From Raillietiella orientalis (Eukaryota): DNA of 64,000 nt. Below the pieces are notes generated by a model. It saw nothing but the letters and a program-made list of their open reading frames with translations, ran no database searches and was not told the DNA's origin. The stretch spans positions 2,542,001-2,606,000 of the forward strand of contig JAYWIR010000027.1 in assembly GCA_036172245.1 (NCBI GenBank), read 5' to 3'. Of this stretch, positions 37,501 to 51,000 are shown in pieces; within the stretch, counting starts at the first letter, position 1, and each line of letters opens with the position of its first letter. A program made the position numbers and the translations under genes.

Positions 37501-40500
37501 GACGGGAAAAGCAGTGGACCGAAGTCCTTCTGAAGTTTTCGTCTTTAAGAAGGAGCTCTCCATTTCATACAAGTGTTCTTTTGGTGCATATTCGACTTTT
37601 CTATTTGAATAAGCAGAAAAGTGTCCAAGCAAGTATTCGGAATGCTAAAGGTCTAAAATGTAGTACCTCCATCTCTGAAATTGATACGTGTGCCTTGCAG
37701 AGTAATTTCGAAACTGGAGTTTTCCTGGAGAACCGACGTGAATGAAGAATATACATAGAGAGAAGCTGGATAATCTGTAATGATAAAACTGAGGAGTGAA
37801 GCCTTTGTGACAAAATGAGAACGCAACTGGAAGAAAAAGCGGTGAAGAAAAGAAACAGAAAAATGAAAGAGATTCAGATTTTCATATAGTGATGCAGAAA
37901 CTGTGTGATGAATAAGTTTTCTTTGCAAGTGAGGAAGTCTATTCTACAAGGATAAGGTCAAGTGTTAAAAACTCAAAGAATGGCTCCTTTTGTTCACATC
38001 TGAACTCTGCCCTTTTGCAAAATTTCTCAGTATGAAAGCTATGACAGAAATTTTGCATATCTTTCATACTTACGTCTCTTTAGAGAAATTTTCTTTCATA
38101 CCGTTCCCCCCCGACTTTTCGTTCGTTGCAGGGCTCAATTGGAAAACACTTAGGGACTCGAGTAAAAAGAAAAAAGGAGATGCCCAGAAGCTCCCAGAAT
38201 TTCAACAGAGCATCATGCAGCATCACAGTGATGTTCCGGAAGGACTTGGATTTTGAATACGCGGCATTTCATTCTTGATGGATCAGAAATCCCGAAAGAA
38301 ATCCTTTCTTAACAGATCAGTTAAGACTCCCTTGGAGTCGCACTCTGAGTCAGTGGATTTGAATGAATCTATTTGCTTTCTGACCATCCTCGTCTTTATA
38401 TAAATACCTGAAAAATTACTGAAAGTCGTAGCTCTGCTCGTCCAACATTTTCGCGCAGAGAAATGATCCAACTTGACAGGATTCCTGTCTGATGGCTGTT
38501 GCATGGGATAACAGTGTCAAGTACTGTGTCTTTTCAGGGAGAGCCACTCCTTTTTTCCTGTTCACTCAAGAGCTCTTTAAACAAGTGCTTTCCAACATGC
38601 TATGTTATTGGATATGAGTTTCTTTCTGTACGTTTTTTATATGATTATCTTATTATGTTGGTTTGGTGGACAGCAAAAGAAAAAGATATGAATGTAGGTA
38701 GTGGATTCTTCCTTACAGTTCAAATCCTTTTGTTCGGGAATCGCACGGAGTGCAACAACTTTCTTTCCCATTAACAAAAACTATAATGTTGAAAAGTAAT
38801 GAAAAGTAACTCTTCATTTCTAGGAGAGTAGATGGAAACCCTTCATGGGAGCCAAGGCTGCTCCCTCGAAGAGGAGACATGCATGAAAACGCCAATTACT
38901 GAATGCAAATGCTGCAGGAAGAAAGCGACTCGAATCTACATGGAATAGATCTCGAGACCTGTACACAGATTACAAAAAGTGCTACAAGAGAACTTTTACC
39001 GCATCAGAACGCCTCTTGCAGGCTTGCATTACTCGTTTTCCCACAAATGCTATTAAGAAAAACGAGCGATATTTTTGGAGTATTCTAAATTTTCGGTCAA
39101 GTCGATATCCATGTAGATCGTGTTCTTCGGTAAAATACAGAAACAGCACTCATACGAAAAAGTAGGAAGCTCGGGTAATTTTCGATCTTTGCCTTGAACA
39201 CTCATCCTCTCAAGTCAGTGATTTTGAAATTCAGTCAGTCAATTCTTCTCGACTTATGCAACAACCTTTGCGTATTCGGCAATCTGCTTTTTTCTATTTT
39301 CCCAGATAATGATGAACCTGCATGATATCAGCTATAGTGCGAAATTGATGCTCTGAGGAATTACCGATAAAAGGAGAGAGATCTCTCAAGAGATTCCCTT
39401 TTTCCTCCAGAGAGTGTTGTTTCTGGAAGAACCAGAAAGGATCTCTGATTCAAGAGTATTCCTTTTTCTTTGTTCCAGCACTCCGATATGAACAAAATTC
39501 ATGTTATTGAATCAACAGACCTGGACACCAGACAAATCATGGTACGGATCAGGAGCTTCCGCTCACTGGCTACTGTAAATTGTGTTTCAGTGACAAGAAG
39601 GAGCTGAAGCAAATTCCAAATGTTACTGATCTGAGGTTAGGCAGCTCGACAATTTCTCTTATGAAAAGGTAGCGTACACGAAAGTGGAATATCCTCAGGA
39701 ACTTGAAATGGGACGAAACGCAATCAGTGAGCGTTTCTTCTCGCTAACATCTTTGACGTCAGTGGTCCAGGCACAATCTCGGAGTGCCTCTTAGCTGATG
39801 GGTGTTGCTTTTTCAATCTTCCGTCTTCTAATCTCGATCGTCCTCGTTGATGGGAAAGCGCGTCCGGAGTGAGGAGTTGGTCCTCGGCAGAGTACATCCG
39901 CCCAAGCTTTTCTTGAAACACAGCTGAATATGACGGCTGGACACTTGAAGCGGAAGGAATCCAAGGATACAACTGGGCGGACCAAATCACTAAAGAGCAG
40001 GAAACGAGAAAACTTTTCGTGCTCGTGCGGAGCGACAAGACATGTTCGGAGCCATTCGTCTTTCCAAAAATTGGAGCCGTACGTTCATTTTTCTACTAGA
40101 GGGGGAAAAAACTTTTTTTTTTTCTTTCACAGCCTGCTCTTCACACCTCAATGTCTCAGAGTCAGGCGTTGTTGTGGATCGATCAACCGCCTTCCATGGT
40201 TTCAGGATTTCAAGATGAAAAGAAAAAAACTTGGAATTTTGTTCTTCTCGTTCACACTGCGTTATGTCATCTCCAAGAAAAGCGCAAAAAAATAACGGGA
40301 TGAAGGAAGCGACGTCACCGGGAAATTTTTGGTAATTTCCACAGATTTTGCCCGTGGTCCGGTGTGGACCGGAAATCTGGATGCGAGCAACGAGGGTGTA
40401 ATGCAGAATACGTCTGGACGGCATCGAGAATTCAGTTTTAGAGAGATGAACTGTTGAAGTGCGAAACGAATGCATTGCTCTGGCGCTCGTTTGACAAGCA

Positions 40501-40813
40501 ATTTCACGGCAGCTAAGGTTTCCTTTCTGCAAAGCATGCACGCTCGTTGGCATGAAAGGCATTGTGATGGAGGTGCTCTCTGGAGACCTGAAAGATGAAA
40601 TCTCGGTATGGAATCCAGAATCCTGCACAGAATAAAATCAAGTTTCTCAGCATTCAGCACTTAGGTATACTTAAGGGACCGTGAACCTTCCAGCTTATTA
40701 AAATAGTGTAACTGCTGCAAATAGTAAAAACCCCATATGTGTGTGTCTACATAGGTGGGTAGGCTATGTGTAAGAGCATATGCTATTTTTATTGATCAGC
40801 TTGAAAACCTAGG

Positions 40814-43602
40814 CTACAAACCCAGCAGTAGAACATGTGGATCTTCAACAACTGACTTGATTTTTCTAAGGAAGGTAACTGCTTCCCTTCCATCAATTAG
40901 ACGATGATCATAGGTCAGGGCCACATACATCATGGGCCGAATAACAACAGCACCATTTCTAGCTACGGGTCTATCAACAATAGAATGCATGCCCAAGATT
41001 GCAGACTGAGGAGGATTAATGATGGGTGTTCCAAACAAGGAACCGAAGACACCTCCATTGCTAATTGTAAAAGTACCACCATCCATATCTTCTACAGCTA
41101 AGCTGCCTTGTCGAGCCTTCTCTCCTAATTCAGCTAATTCACATTCAATGGCTGCAAAACTACGGGACTCTACATTGCGTAGAACTGGCACTACCAGCCC
41201 CTTCCAAAAGATACATGAGGGGATGCACACAGGTTACTTACTTTTGGTGTGGCCACAGCCACAGAAATATCCACATAGTCACGATAAACGATATCCACCC
41301 CATCAATGACTGCATTTACCACTGGCTGGTCTTTTAGTGCCCAAGCAGAAGCCTTGGTAAAAATTGACATGAAACCCAATTTCACACCATGCTTTTTCAC
41401 AAATGCTTCAGCATGGGTACGGCGCAGATCCATGAAAGCACTAACCACAGCAAAGAGATCAGTGAGATCACCTTTATAAACAGATCTACCTCATATCAAT
41501 CTCATTGAAAGTTGTCAGCATAGCACATGTATTCTGTGCATCTTTGAGCCTCTGAGCAATTCTCTGTCGCATTCGATTCATCTTAACCCTCTGTTCTGTG
41601 CGAGTTCCTATGGCCAGATGATTGTCAGGACGACATCCCACAGAATTCGCTCACCTATGATTTCTTTGGAATAATCTTTAGGAGGCTGTTTACTTTCTGC
41701 AGGCATGTAAGGTTGAGGAGTCAGTTCTGACAATGGGATACTTTGAAGTGGAGGAGGACGGACTACCTGGGCAGAAGGTGGAGGGATAACCTCTGGAAAA
41801 TACAGCAATAAAATGCATCTTATCATATCTCACCTGACTGAGCTTCTTCATGGAAAGCAACTGTTACTTCTGGAGAGGGGGCAGTAACAGGTTCCTGAGC
41901 TAGTGGTGTAGAAACATGAGAAGTTCCAGTGACTTGTGGGGAAGCTTCCTTTGAGGGTAGTGGTGGTGATGGTGATGGTTGGGAAGGTGGTGGTGATGGT
42001 GATGGATGGGGAGGTGGTGGTGGTGGTGGTGGTTCAGAAGCAGTGGCTTGTGGTTCTGATGTAATTGATGTTCCTTCTGAAAAATATGCAGCCTGTGAAC
42101 TTAATCCCCAAGGCTACCTGTCACCCTCAACTTGAATAGTGGAGTGCCTGAGGTCACAGTGCTACCATCTTCCACCAATAAGGTTTCTATGATACCTGAT
42201 GCTGGGGCAGGAATAGAAATGGCAGTCTGGAATATGAAAAATAGAATCAACAATCACCATGTTATACCCACTTTATCAGTCTCAATCTGCGCAACCACTT
42301 CATCTTCCTTCACCACATCCCCAGCAGCTAATAACAGTATATGTCTCTATTGGATCTGCACCTTTACTCACCCTTCTCCCATCTCACATCTCCTTCACTA
42401 ACAGATTCTGCAAATGGAGGCACCACAACTGTCCTGATGTCATTTCCTACAAGCCAGCTTGTTGTCAGCGGAAAGACCTGTATAATTCTTACCTAAGGCA
42501 AGGGAGGTATGCAGCCAAGACTTTTGCACCAAAGGCCACCAATCTTGTACCCTACTGAGGATAACACAAGGTTAACAAGAAGTGATACAGTGAAAGAGCA
42601 ATTGTACAAGATCAAAGTCAACAGCAATCTGCCAGTGGCCTGACCTATTAGCTGCTCCCTTCCATCACACAGAATTGGGATTTTACTAGCAAGTCAAACA
42701 AACTCACAATGTATGGTGGAGACTCTGGTAGGCATACTGCAACACCACTGGTGAATTGCTGTGGGAACCTGAAATGGAAAACATCCAACCATTGCAAGCA
42801 GCAAGGAAGCTGCACTGGCATTTGATGACAGCTTATAATGGAGCATGGCAAAAGTGTTTTGCCTCGCTGTATAATGCAGATATGCAAAGAAGCTCCTCTT
42901 AGCTGATTTTACACAAAGACCAGAGTTGAGCAAGTTATGCCTTGAGCAAGTTATGCCTTGAGCAAGTTATCAGCAAGCATGCAATACTAGCCAATCATGT
43001 GATAGGGCAGTCAACAAAATGGCTCATTTGGCTCTCAAGCATGATAAACCAATAAAATTACAGCAATTAAGCATTTGTGGGTGCTTTGTGCCATAACTTG
43101 ATTCATGAGAAAACTCATCAACAGTTTTACTTTTCTGTTTACTCTAAAAATTGCACAATAGCAAAGTTGCTTTTCTTCCAGGATTAAAACTGGTACGCCA
43201 TTAATGTACTTAATTGTACTTCTCGTATTGGGTGCTTTGGGAAGTGCTTACGTTTTTTGCTACAGCTGCAGCTGCTTTGGCTTCTACAAGTCTGAAAGAG
43301 AGACCACAATGAGTTGACTTCCTTTCGGAATGTTTTTCAATATTCCTTATCACGAAAATGAGGAAAAATTAAACTTGTCGAATATTTTTGCGTACGGAGG
43401 GTTGCAACTGAATGCAAATTGCAGTTTATTATTTCCAACGTTCAAGGCCGGAATTCCTGAATGGAATGCAAAATGAAAATGGTTGACTACCACTTACTTC
43501 TAGCTGGCTTGTCAAATGAAGGCAACGTGCTCTCCGTGAGCTGTAACTGGCAAATAATTTGGACGAATGCCTGCTCCCAAAAGACAACAATTTCGCGTAC
43601 AT
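40814..43602 (-). CDS. DLST: Dihydrolipoyllysine-residue succinyltransferase (E2 of 2-oxoglutarate dehydrogenase), mitochondrial; multi-exon
   Basis: Presequence [17 protein letters not shown], lipoyl domain [23 protein letters not shown], Pro-rich linker, catalytic domain [32 protein letters not shown] and [15 protein letters not shown]. Confidence 0.97.
42926..42970. repeat. 16-bp tandem repeat (TTGAGCAAGTTATGCC) x ~2.8 in a DLST intron
   Basis: Directly visible exact copies. Confidence 0.9.
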
Positions 43603-46600
43603 CTCAAAGCATTCTCAACAACACGACCACACGGTGAGAAATAAATAATTTTATCACCTCATGCATGCACTGAACATTTCCTGGTTCGGAATTCGTCGAC
43701 TGCTTCATCAAACAAATACATGTAGGAAAAAAAAAAAAGGGGGAAGGGGCAAATTCACGGCCAACGGAACTGCATCTGCAACTGCTGTCGACTCGAGTGA
43801 AATATCTTGGCTATATCAGGTTTTCTAATTATTTTTAGTTTTACGGTTAACAGATAATTATGATGATTTTCTAACGGATGAGACTTCCGCAAAGATTTAC
43901 GTGGTTGTCAGTGAAACCACGAGGAAAACAAACGTTGACACGAAACCTTAGTATTGTTACTGATATCGTCTTTGTTATAAAAACTTCTTAGGTTTCGAAA
44001 TCATTGTAAAATAATAAGAAGAATCAGATCTAAAGGTATGCTTTTTGCTGGTATCGAGTATTCAGTGCTTCAGTTGTGCAGGAAGAAAGCTTCAAGGAGA
44101 TTAATTTAAAAAAAGATTTTCAAGCAACTAAATTTCCCAAGGATTTCCCAAAGAATTTTTTTTTTGTTTTTTAGCTTTCTGTACTTCCAAAGGTAATCAG
44201 CAAGCCCAGTGAGTTCGATGTTCGTGAATGAGTTGCTGCTGCAACAACTTCAAACCTGAAGAAATCATCCAGCAGTCGATCCTGCATCATCCATTACCCT
44301 TTGGACATTGAGCTTGAAGATGCCACGAGGAAAGCTTTGATTTTGTGGAATCCTAGACTGAAAAGAATGCCCGAGGAGGCATTCGGATCTTCAGGAAATT
44401 AACCAACAAGTTATAAGAGTCGAGGACCATTTTCTGTGCCAGCAACGGGGAAAAACTCCCATTCTACTTCTGCCAGAAGAGTTAGGCAGTTTCCATCTTG
44501 TGTTTTAGGCATCGGTTATCAAGAAGAATTAGCATTAGTTTTCGTTTGGCAGGAACTCATCAGTCCAAGTAATTTCTGATGGATTCTGGGATCTAAAAAA
44601 GGAAAACAAAGGAAAAATATATATCCATAACTGCAAAAATAAAGAGACGAGCTATTAGTAGATATCGTTATCATTCACAATTTCGATAGCAGGTGCCTCG
44701 TATCGCAGACTGAGACGCAAATGTAATTTTGTGCACATTCGTCTAAAAAAAAAGATTGGAAAAATCTCTCCCAAAAATTATTGTTTGAATGAATGGAATG
44801 CACAGAAAGAAAAGATGCAAAAACAAACAAACAAACGAAAATCCTGCACCCAACGGGTAGCTAAGCGAAGCCGCCGTCTTTGCTTCTATGTGAGAAATGC
44901 ATCAGCAACAGGAAGCCAGCATATGTGTAAAAAGGAAATCCAAGGGCGGGATACTGCCTCCTCTTGTTGAGACGCAAAAAATTCTCTCATTAAAGGTATC
45001 GTAACGGCCACTGTCCAGTAGTTGTATGAATTCCGTACGAACTCCATAAGACAACTGGATGCGCGCCTGTTTTAATTCAGAATCCATGATTCCTGAAGGA
45101 GCGAAGACAAAGCCACGAAGCCACAAATGGAAGTATACGATTGGCTTGATTGTAATCTCAAGGAATCTCAAAGCAGTTACCAAAGAATAAAAATTCCATC
45201 CCTTTATTTGCTTATCAAATCAGCTGTTGAATGTGCATTTATTGCTAGGCATATGGAATGTTAATCGAATACAAAAGAATAATCATGAAATAGGATTTCT
45301 AGGGATAAAGCATGCCAGTGTAAGCTACCCAAAAAACAGATGTCTTGAGATTACACCTTACGGAAATGAATAGGACAGAGATGAAGGCGAACATTTTTCA
45401 TAATTTCGGGCATTATTCGTGAGAGGAAACAACTGTTCTCGATAGGAATGTCGAAGGAGGCACACAATCCTTTCTTTGAGTCACCAAACAAAGAGTTTTG
45501 CATTCTTCAGGCTGGAAAACGCCCAGAAATTCGATTTTCGCCCAACATTTTCTTCTGAGGGACTCCTCCCTCTCCCCATTCAGATTTCGTATCGATCATT
45601 CCTTCCCATCAGAAGGCAATCGTCGGCCCGATCTGCCGTGACCTTAGGATTTCACGTAGAAAAGAGATCAGAAGGAAGGTCCACGGAAGAGGGAGTCCCA
45701 TTTTACGATCTGTCTCTGGATCCTCTGGGTAAGGAACTGGCCTCTGGAAAGGCAACACCTTCGACCTGAGAGGGGGACAGACCATCTCTGGGCTCGTACT
45801 CGCCTTTTCGGACTGCTGCTCACGCCCTAGTGGCCAGAGTTCAAGCCCCTTTCTTCGTTCCCCCTCCCCCACTGACCTCCCTACGGATGGACGCTCGGCT
45901 GTATTTCCAGTCTTCGTGTTCCTTCCGCGTCCTCCTTCCTCCTGCGTGCCTGGGCGGCCATCCCCTAACGGGATAGCGAAAAGTGTCGGTGGGCCCCTGT
46001 CTGTTGTTCCATCTTCTACTCCTTCTTCCAGAGCTCCCGGGAGCCCGTCTGGGCGTCTCTACGAGGTTCGCTCCCCACTACCCCGCGGTAGCGGATGGAA
46101 GTTTGCCCCGGGCACTTCGAGAACGGAACGGCCACCTCGCACCCTTTGGCTTGGCAGCTTCCGACAGCGCGAGTTGGCAGCTGAGCGGCTCTGTGGGAAG
46201 GAGGTTGGAAGGAGGAGGAGGAGGCGCTGACGCATTTGCACCCGAGCCAAGTGTAGGCGGCGCTCCCGAGGATTCTCCAAGAGGGACAGATCGCGGGCGC
46301 GCCCTTGATGAGGTGAGGTCTGCATAAGCAGTGGTATCTCCACCGAGCAGGGAAGGGACAGGAAGAACGTCTTATAAAGGGCGCCGTAGGTGGAGGCACT
46401 ACAAGTCCGCAGGAGCCGGTTGAGGGCGGAACCGCCACCCAGAAGGGCAGGGAGAGGGGGGGGGGCGACCTCCATTCACCTACCCCGCCCTTCCCCTTCA
46501 CGCGCGTTCCTTCCCGAGACGTCGAGGAAAAAACAGAGAAAGGAGGGTTGGGTGAAGAGATGGGGTCGAACGGGGTCAGGGGATGGCCAGTCCGTCTTTA

Positions 46601-46679
46601 CGTGGACCCAGCCACGGATGCGCAAAGGACGCTGCCCGAGAGGGAGGGGGAGATCTTGCAGGACGTAATTCCCCCGAAA

Positions 46680-46860
46680 GGTAAGAAGGAGAATCGTGGT
46701 CAAAGTCGGGAACTCCTGAGACTTGCCGGTCTGGGACCACATGCCCTACAGGCCCGCTGCAGTCAGCGTCTCCGTGCACCTTCGCAAGTCCGTCCCTAAG
46801 GGCATTTCTGCCTCCGTAATGTGCCATCTGGACCCTCATAGGTGCGAAACCGGACATGGC
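46680..46860 (+). mobile_element. Possible decayed non-LTR ORF1 remnant
   Basis: RRRIVVKVGNS*DLPVWDHM..VSVHLRKSVPK..CHLDPHRCETGH loosely resembles the ORF1 segment leading into a zinc knuckle. Confidence 0.2.
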
Positions 46861-48003
46861 TGCACAAGGATTGCATCACAGGTCCTTGGTTGCCGCCGTG
46901 AAGGATCCTTTTCCCCCCGGGAACACAGTCTCTATGTCGGAGGGGCGCAGGAGTCTCCGCGGGGCGGTCCGCGGGTGCGCCCGGCCTCTCGTCGGCGCCC
47001 TCGTCGTAGGCGGAACCGAGAGAGGCGTCCAGAAAAAAGACATCAGTCTCGCTTTCCCCTTTCCCCAAGTGGAGAGGGTTCTGTTCTTGACCCGATTCCT
47101 CCTAAGTGGCGCCCATCGACGTTCTTCCCGGGGCAAAGAGCCCCTCTGTCGACGGCGGGCGGCCGTGTACCACCCTGCTCTGCACCTCGCATAGCCACGG
47201 CAACGAGCTGTTCGGGGAGCGGCCTCTTCAGCCCGCTGACAACATTCTTCTCCTTTCCCCCTTCGTCTACAGGGACGATGCCATTCCGCCTTCCCGACTG
47301 GCTACGCGCGCGACTCCTCCCTCCTGCCCCTGTGGAATGGGGGGAAGGGACTCACTCTTGCCTTAGGAAGCACACGGTTCCTCCCCTCCCCTCTCCTTCT
47401 GCCCCCTCTGCTTCCATCTGGAGGGAAAGGAAGAAGGAAGGGCTGAGCTTTGTCCCAGGACACTTTTCTGTAGTGCAGAGAGCCGGAGGTGGCCGCTGTA
47501 TGCTTTCCCATCTACTCCCCCTCTCCTCTCCTTCCCCTCCTCCTTTATTGCTGCTTCTTCTGCCTCCTGTGGCGGCCCCGACGGAGGGGGGCCCCGTGAG
47601 GATACCCGCAAGAAGTGGGTGCTGCTGCTGCTGTCCCAACTAGGTCGTCCGTCCCTGCCACCACCTGGTCCAGCGGCGTCCGTTCCGGCTCAGCCTCCCG
47701 CCCTCAGTGTGGGCGGCAGCAGGACGACGGCGGCGGCGGCGGCGGCGACGGGAGGCGCTGCTGCTCGCACACGTGGCGTTCCTGAGGGAACGAAGAGTTC
47801 GAGCAGGTTTCCCGAAGGTGGACGCGAGGATGGCAGGTGCCGCCACTTTCGGGGGGCCCTCGTCGAGCTAGCCAGCTCCACCACCCCCTTGCGCGGGTTG
47901 CGGCCAAAGACCCCAACGCTCTCCTGTGAGCTCTCCTGCCTCTCCCGGGTCGCATGACCTCGAAGGAGGGGCCACATCTGCTACTCCTCCCCCCCTGCTT
48001 TCT

Positions 48004-51000
48004 CTAGTGCCGCCCTGGATCCTTCCGCGCCGCTGCTGCCCCCCTGACGGCTCTTCCAAGTGAGGAAGTCCGCAGGTAGGGTGAGGAGAGTCCTTCCCCG
48101 CTTCCTTTCTCACCTCGCCCTGCCCCTCCTGCCTTCGCCTTACCTCCTCCTCCTGCAGACGCACCTCCCCCGAGCACCCCCTGAGGCAGCAAGCGCCCGA
48201 GGTCCAGCACCTGCTGCGCGCTGCTGCTGTACCAAGAGGGCAGGAAGATCGCGAGGCAGGACAGGTGGAGGGCACTGCCTGGGAACGGCCAGCGGGACAG
48301 CCGGGTGCGCAGCCCAAGGGTCCAGAGTCTACGCCCTCCAGGGCACCTCTTCGCGGCGTAGTGGATAACGTCGCGGCTGACGACCTGTCGGAAGAGGAGG
48401 AGATGCAGAGGAGCTCCTTGAGAAAGGGGAGGCAGGATGTTCCGATCCGCTCCTTCGAAGGGTGGCTGAAGAGGAGTAGGAGGAGGAAGAGAAAAAAAAG
48501 GAACGGGGAGGAAGAGGTGGTGGTGGCGGAAGAGGAAGTGAGGATGAAGGCAAGGGCGTCGAGTAGAAAGAAAATGCGGGTGCTTCGGGCACCGCCCGCG
48601 AGAGGCGGAAGAGGTAAGAATTTCGCTGGTAGAGCGGAGATCGAGTCGACAGGAAGGAAGGCTTGCCCTTAGGTGGTTGATCCGAGATCGTACTTGCTTG
48701 TCGTTGACGAACCAGGCGAGCTTAACCTCGTGGACGGTAGGCGCTGAGGAGCAGTTGGCTTCCAGCATGCTTTTGTCGACGTCCACCGAGTAGGTCAGCG
48801 TGGGTCCATCCCCGATCATATCTACGGCACGAAAATCCTCCTGAAGAGACCCGCCAAGCCCCTACGTCCCTGAAAGGTCCTTGCTTTACCGATGACGTGC
48901 ATTTCTCCCTTCGCCAGGACTGTCTGGAAAGTGGGGGCATCAGCGGAGACCTCACAGCGGTACTTCCCAGAGGACTGCAGGGTCACCTCAGTGATGACCA
49001 CCTCCGTCTCCGTGGACAGGCGCACCTGGGGGAGAGGGGAAGTTTCGGGGAGGAGGACGGAAAGAGATGTCCTTGAAGTGTCCGGAAGGGGGGACCAAAG
49101 TGGGGGAAAACTTGAGGAAACGGCTGGAAGGTAGCGCACGCAGCTAGCGAGGGGTCCCTGATAGAGTGGCCTCCCTGCCCTAGGACACTGCTCGCTTCGC
49201 CACCGGCCGACTCCTCCGTGATCCCCTCACGTGTTTCTAGTCGAAGACGCCTCCCTCCCTTCAGTGGAGTCTTTTTCTGCCTCATCCCCTGTCTCCAGCC
49301 TCCCGGAGCAGCCGCACCACCCTATGGACGGAAGCGCTCCTTCCGGGAGAGCGGGTCGATCCCTTTTCCCCCATTCTCCTGAGAACTGTCCCCCCTCCCC
49401 TTCTCGCATCTCCGGAATCCTCCCCATCGGTTCTCCTGTGGGACGAGGCGTCGGGACGCGGGGAGGGGGAGGAGGCGGATGTCCCGGGCAGGAGGCAGCT
49501 GGGCGCGTGCCGGCCCGCCCTCCTCTTTTCGCCACCCTCCTTTCTTCATCCCTGCTGATGGCTGCATCCCTCCGGACACGTCCCGCTTCGCGAAGGAAAA
49601 TCTCTGGGGGAACAATCGGCTCGTTGCGGGGCGACGGGAACGCGGATGCGCTCTCCTCGGAGAAATTATCATCTCTCGGGAAGCCGCCGCATCCGGCGCG
49701 GGAAAAAGGGAAGTGGGTGGGAAGGGGAAATTCCCGGTCCTGTCCCAAAATAGGGGAAACTCCCGCCTTCGAACGTCCCGGAGATCTCCCGACATGAACG
49801 GACGACGTTGATCGGGAATGAGAGTGAAAAAGGGAGGGGAAAGGGAGCAGGGGAGCTACAGAAAAGAGGGAGGAGTTTCCTCCCTAGCCTCTCTCTTAGA
49901 TGACTCCGGAGCGGTCACCCTGGCTCCTCCGGCTCTCTTGACGTTGCCGTAAGTCAGTCCTGTGGCTCCCGTCCTCGTCCTTTGGAACTCCTTTGTGGTT
50001 TCCTAGGTGAAGAAATTAGGTTTCCTAGGTTCGGAGAGGAGAAGGAGACCTCAGGCAGGGTCACCGAAGAGGCTCGGGTGGCAATGCGTTTGTCTGGCTC
50101 CGCCACAAGGGAAGAGAAAGGACCTCTGTGCCCTCCAGTGGGGCGAGACCCCTCTCTGTTAGCGGCTGAGCTCTCCCGGGATGGCGGCGTATCCGAGGAG
50201 TGCGATTCGATAGACAACGGGCGGAGCGCAGCCTCATCGGTGGGCCTCCGTGCATGGTCCCTAATTGCTAGGTCCGCTGTGCTTCTAGGTCCCTGGAGGG
50301 AGACCCCGGTTCCGATTCCGAGAAGCGTCGCTTTGAGACCATCCACTCTCCCCGAATCGGATCGGAAAGCCTCATCAGGGAAGCATGCAGAGGGACCTCA
50401 ACGGCATCATGCAAAGGATGGACCCTCCCAACAGCGGACTGTGATCCCTTTCCGACCCTCCAAAGTATTTCTTTTTTTTGTTTTCTTTTTATTTTTCTTT
50501 TTGTTTCTTCCCCTCATCCCCCTCCGCTGCCGAGGAGAGTCGTGCCGGTCTACGTACCGGCGACTCGTCAGGTCCCGAGATGTATTGGCCGTAGTGGAGC
50601 CTCATACCACGATTGTACAGTGTTTTTAATAAACGCCCCGGCGTGACCGTGTAGCACTCCCCGAAGCGGAAAGGGGGAGATGCCCGCCCTGTCTTGGGAT
50701 GGTCGCTCCATGAGCTCGATGTGGGCATCACCAGGTTCAGGCGACCGCGCCAAGAGGTCAGGCCGAAGAAAAGACCGACTCGCCCAGGGCTGAGAAAATA
50801 AGCGCACCCGAGCTGAAAACAAAGCGCCGATGTTCCGTGACCTTGATTGCCCGCATTGTTGAGACCGAAGAGCCTCGATGCCTGCTGGATACGCGTCTTC
50901 ATTTTGGGGGCCGAAGAACCTCGCCGCCTCTCGGAACGTTCGTAAGAGACGAAGGTCACTGCTGTGCAAAAGGGGAGGATGCGCATCCTACGTCCCCCTT

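Noticed and set aside
42926..42970. Short repeats as a CRISPR array
   Set aside because: Head-to-tail with no spacers, in a eukaryotic intron, with no cas genes.
50520..50660. 3' module as a known ribozyme (HDV-like, twister, hammerhead), IRE, SECIS or tRNA
   Set aside because: The required cores (nested HDV pseudoknot, twister UAA and pseudoknots, CUGANGA/GAAA, CAGUGN with C-bulge, cloverleaf) could not be found by eye.
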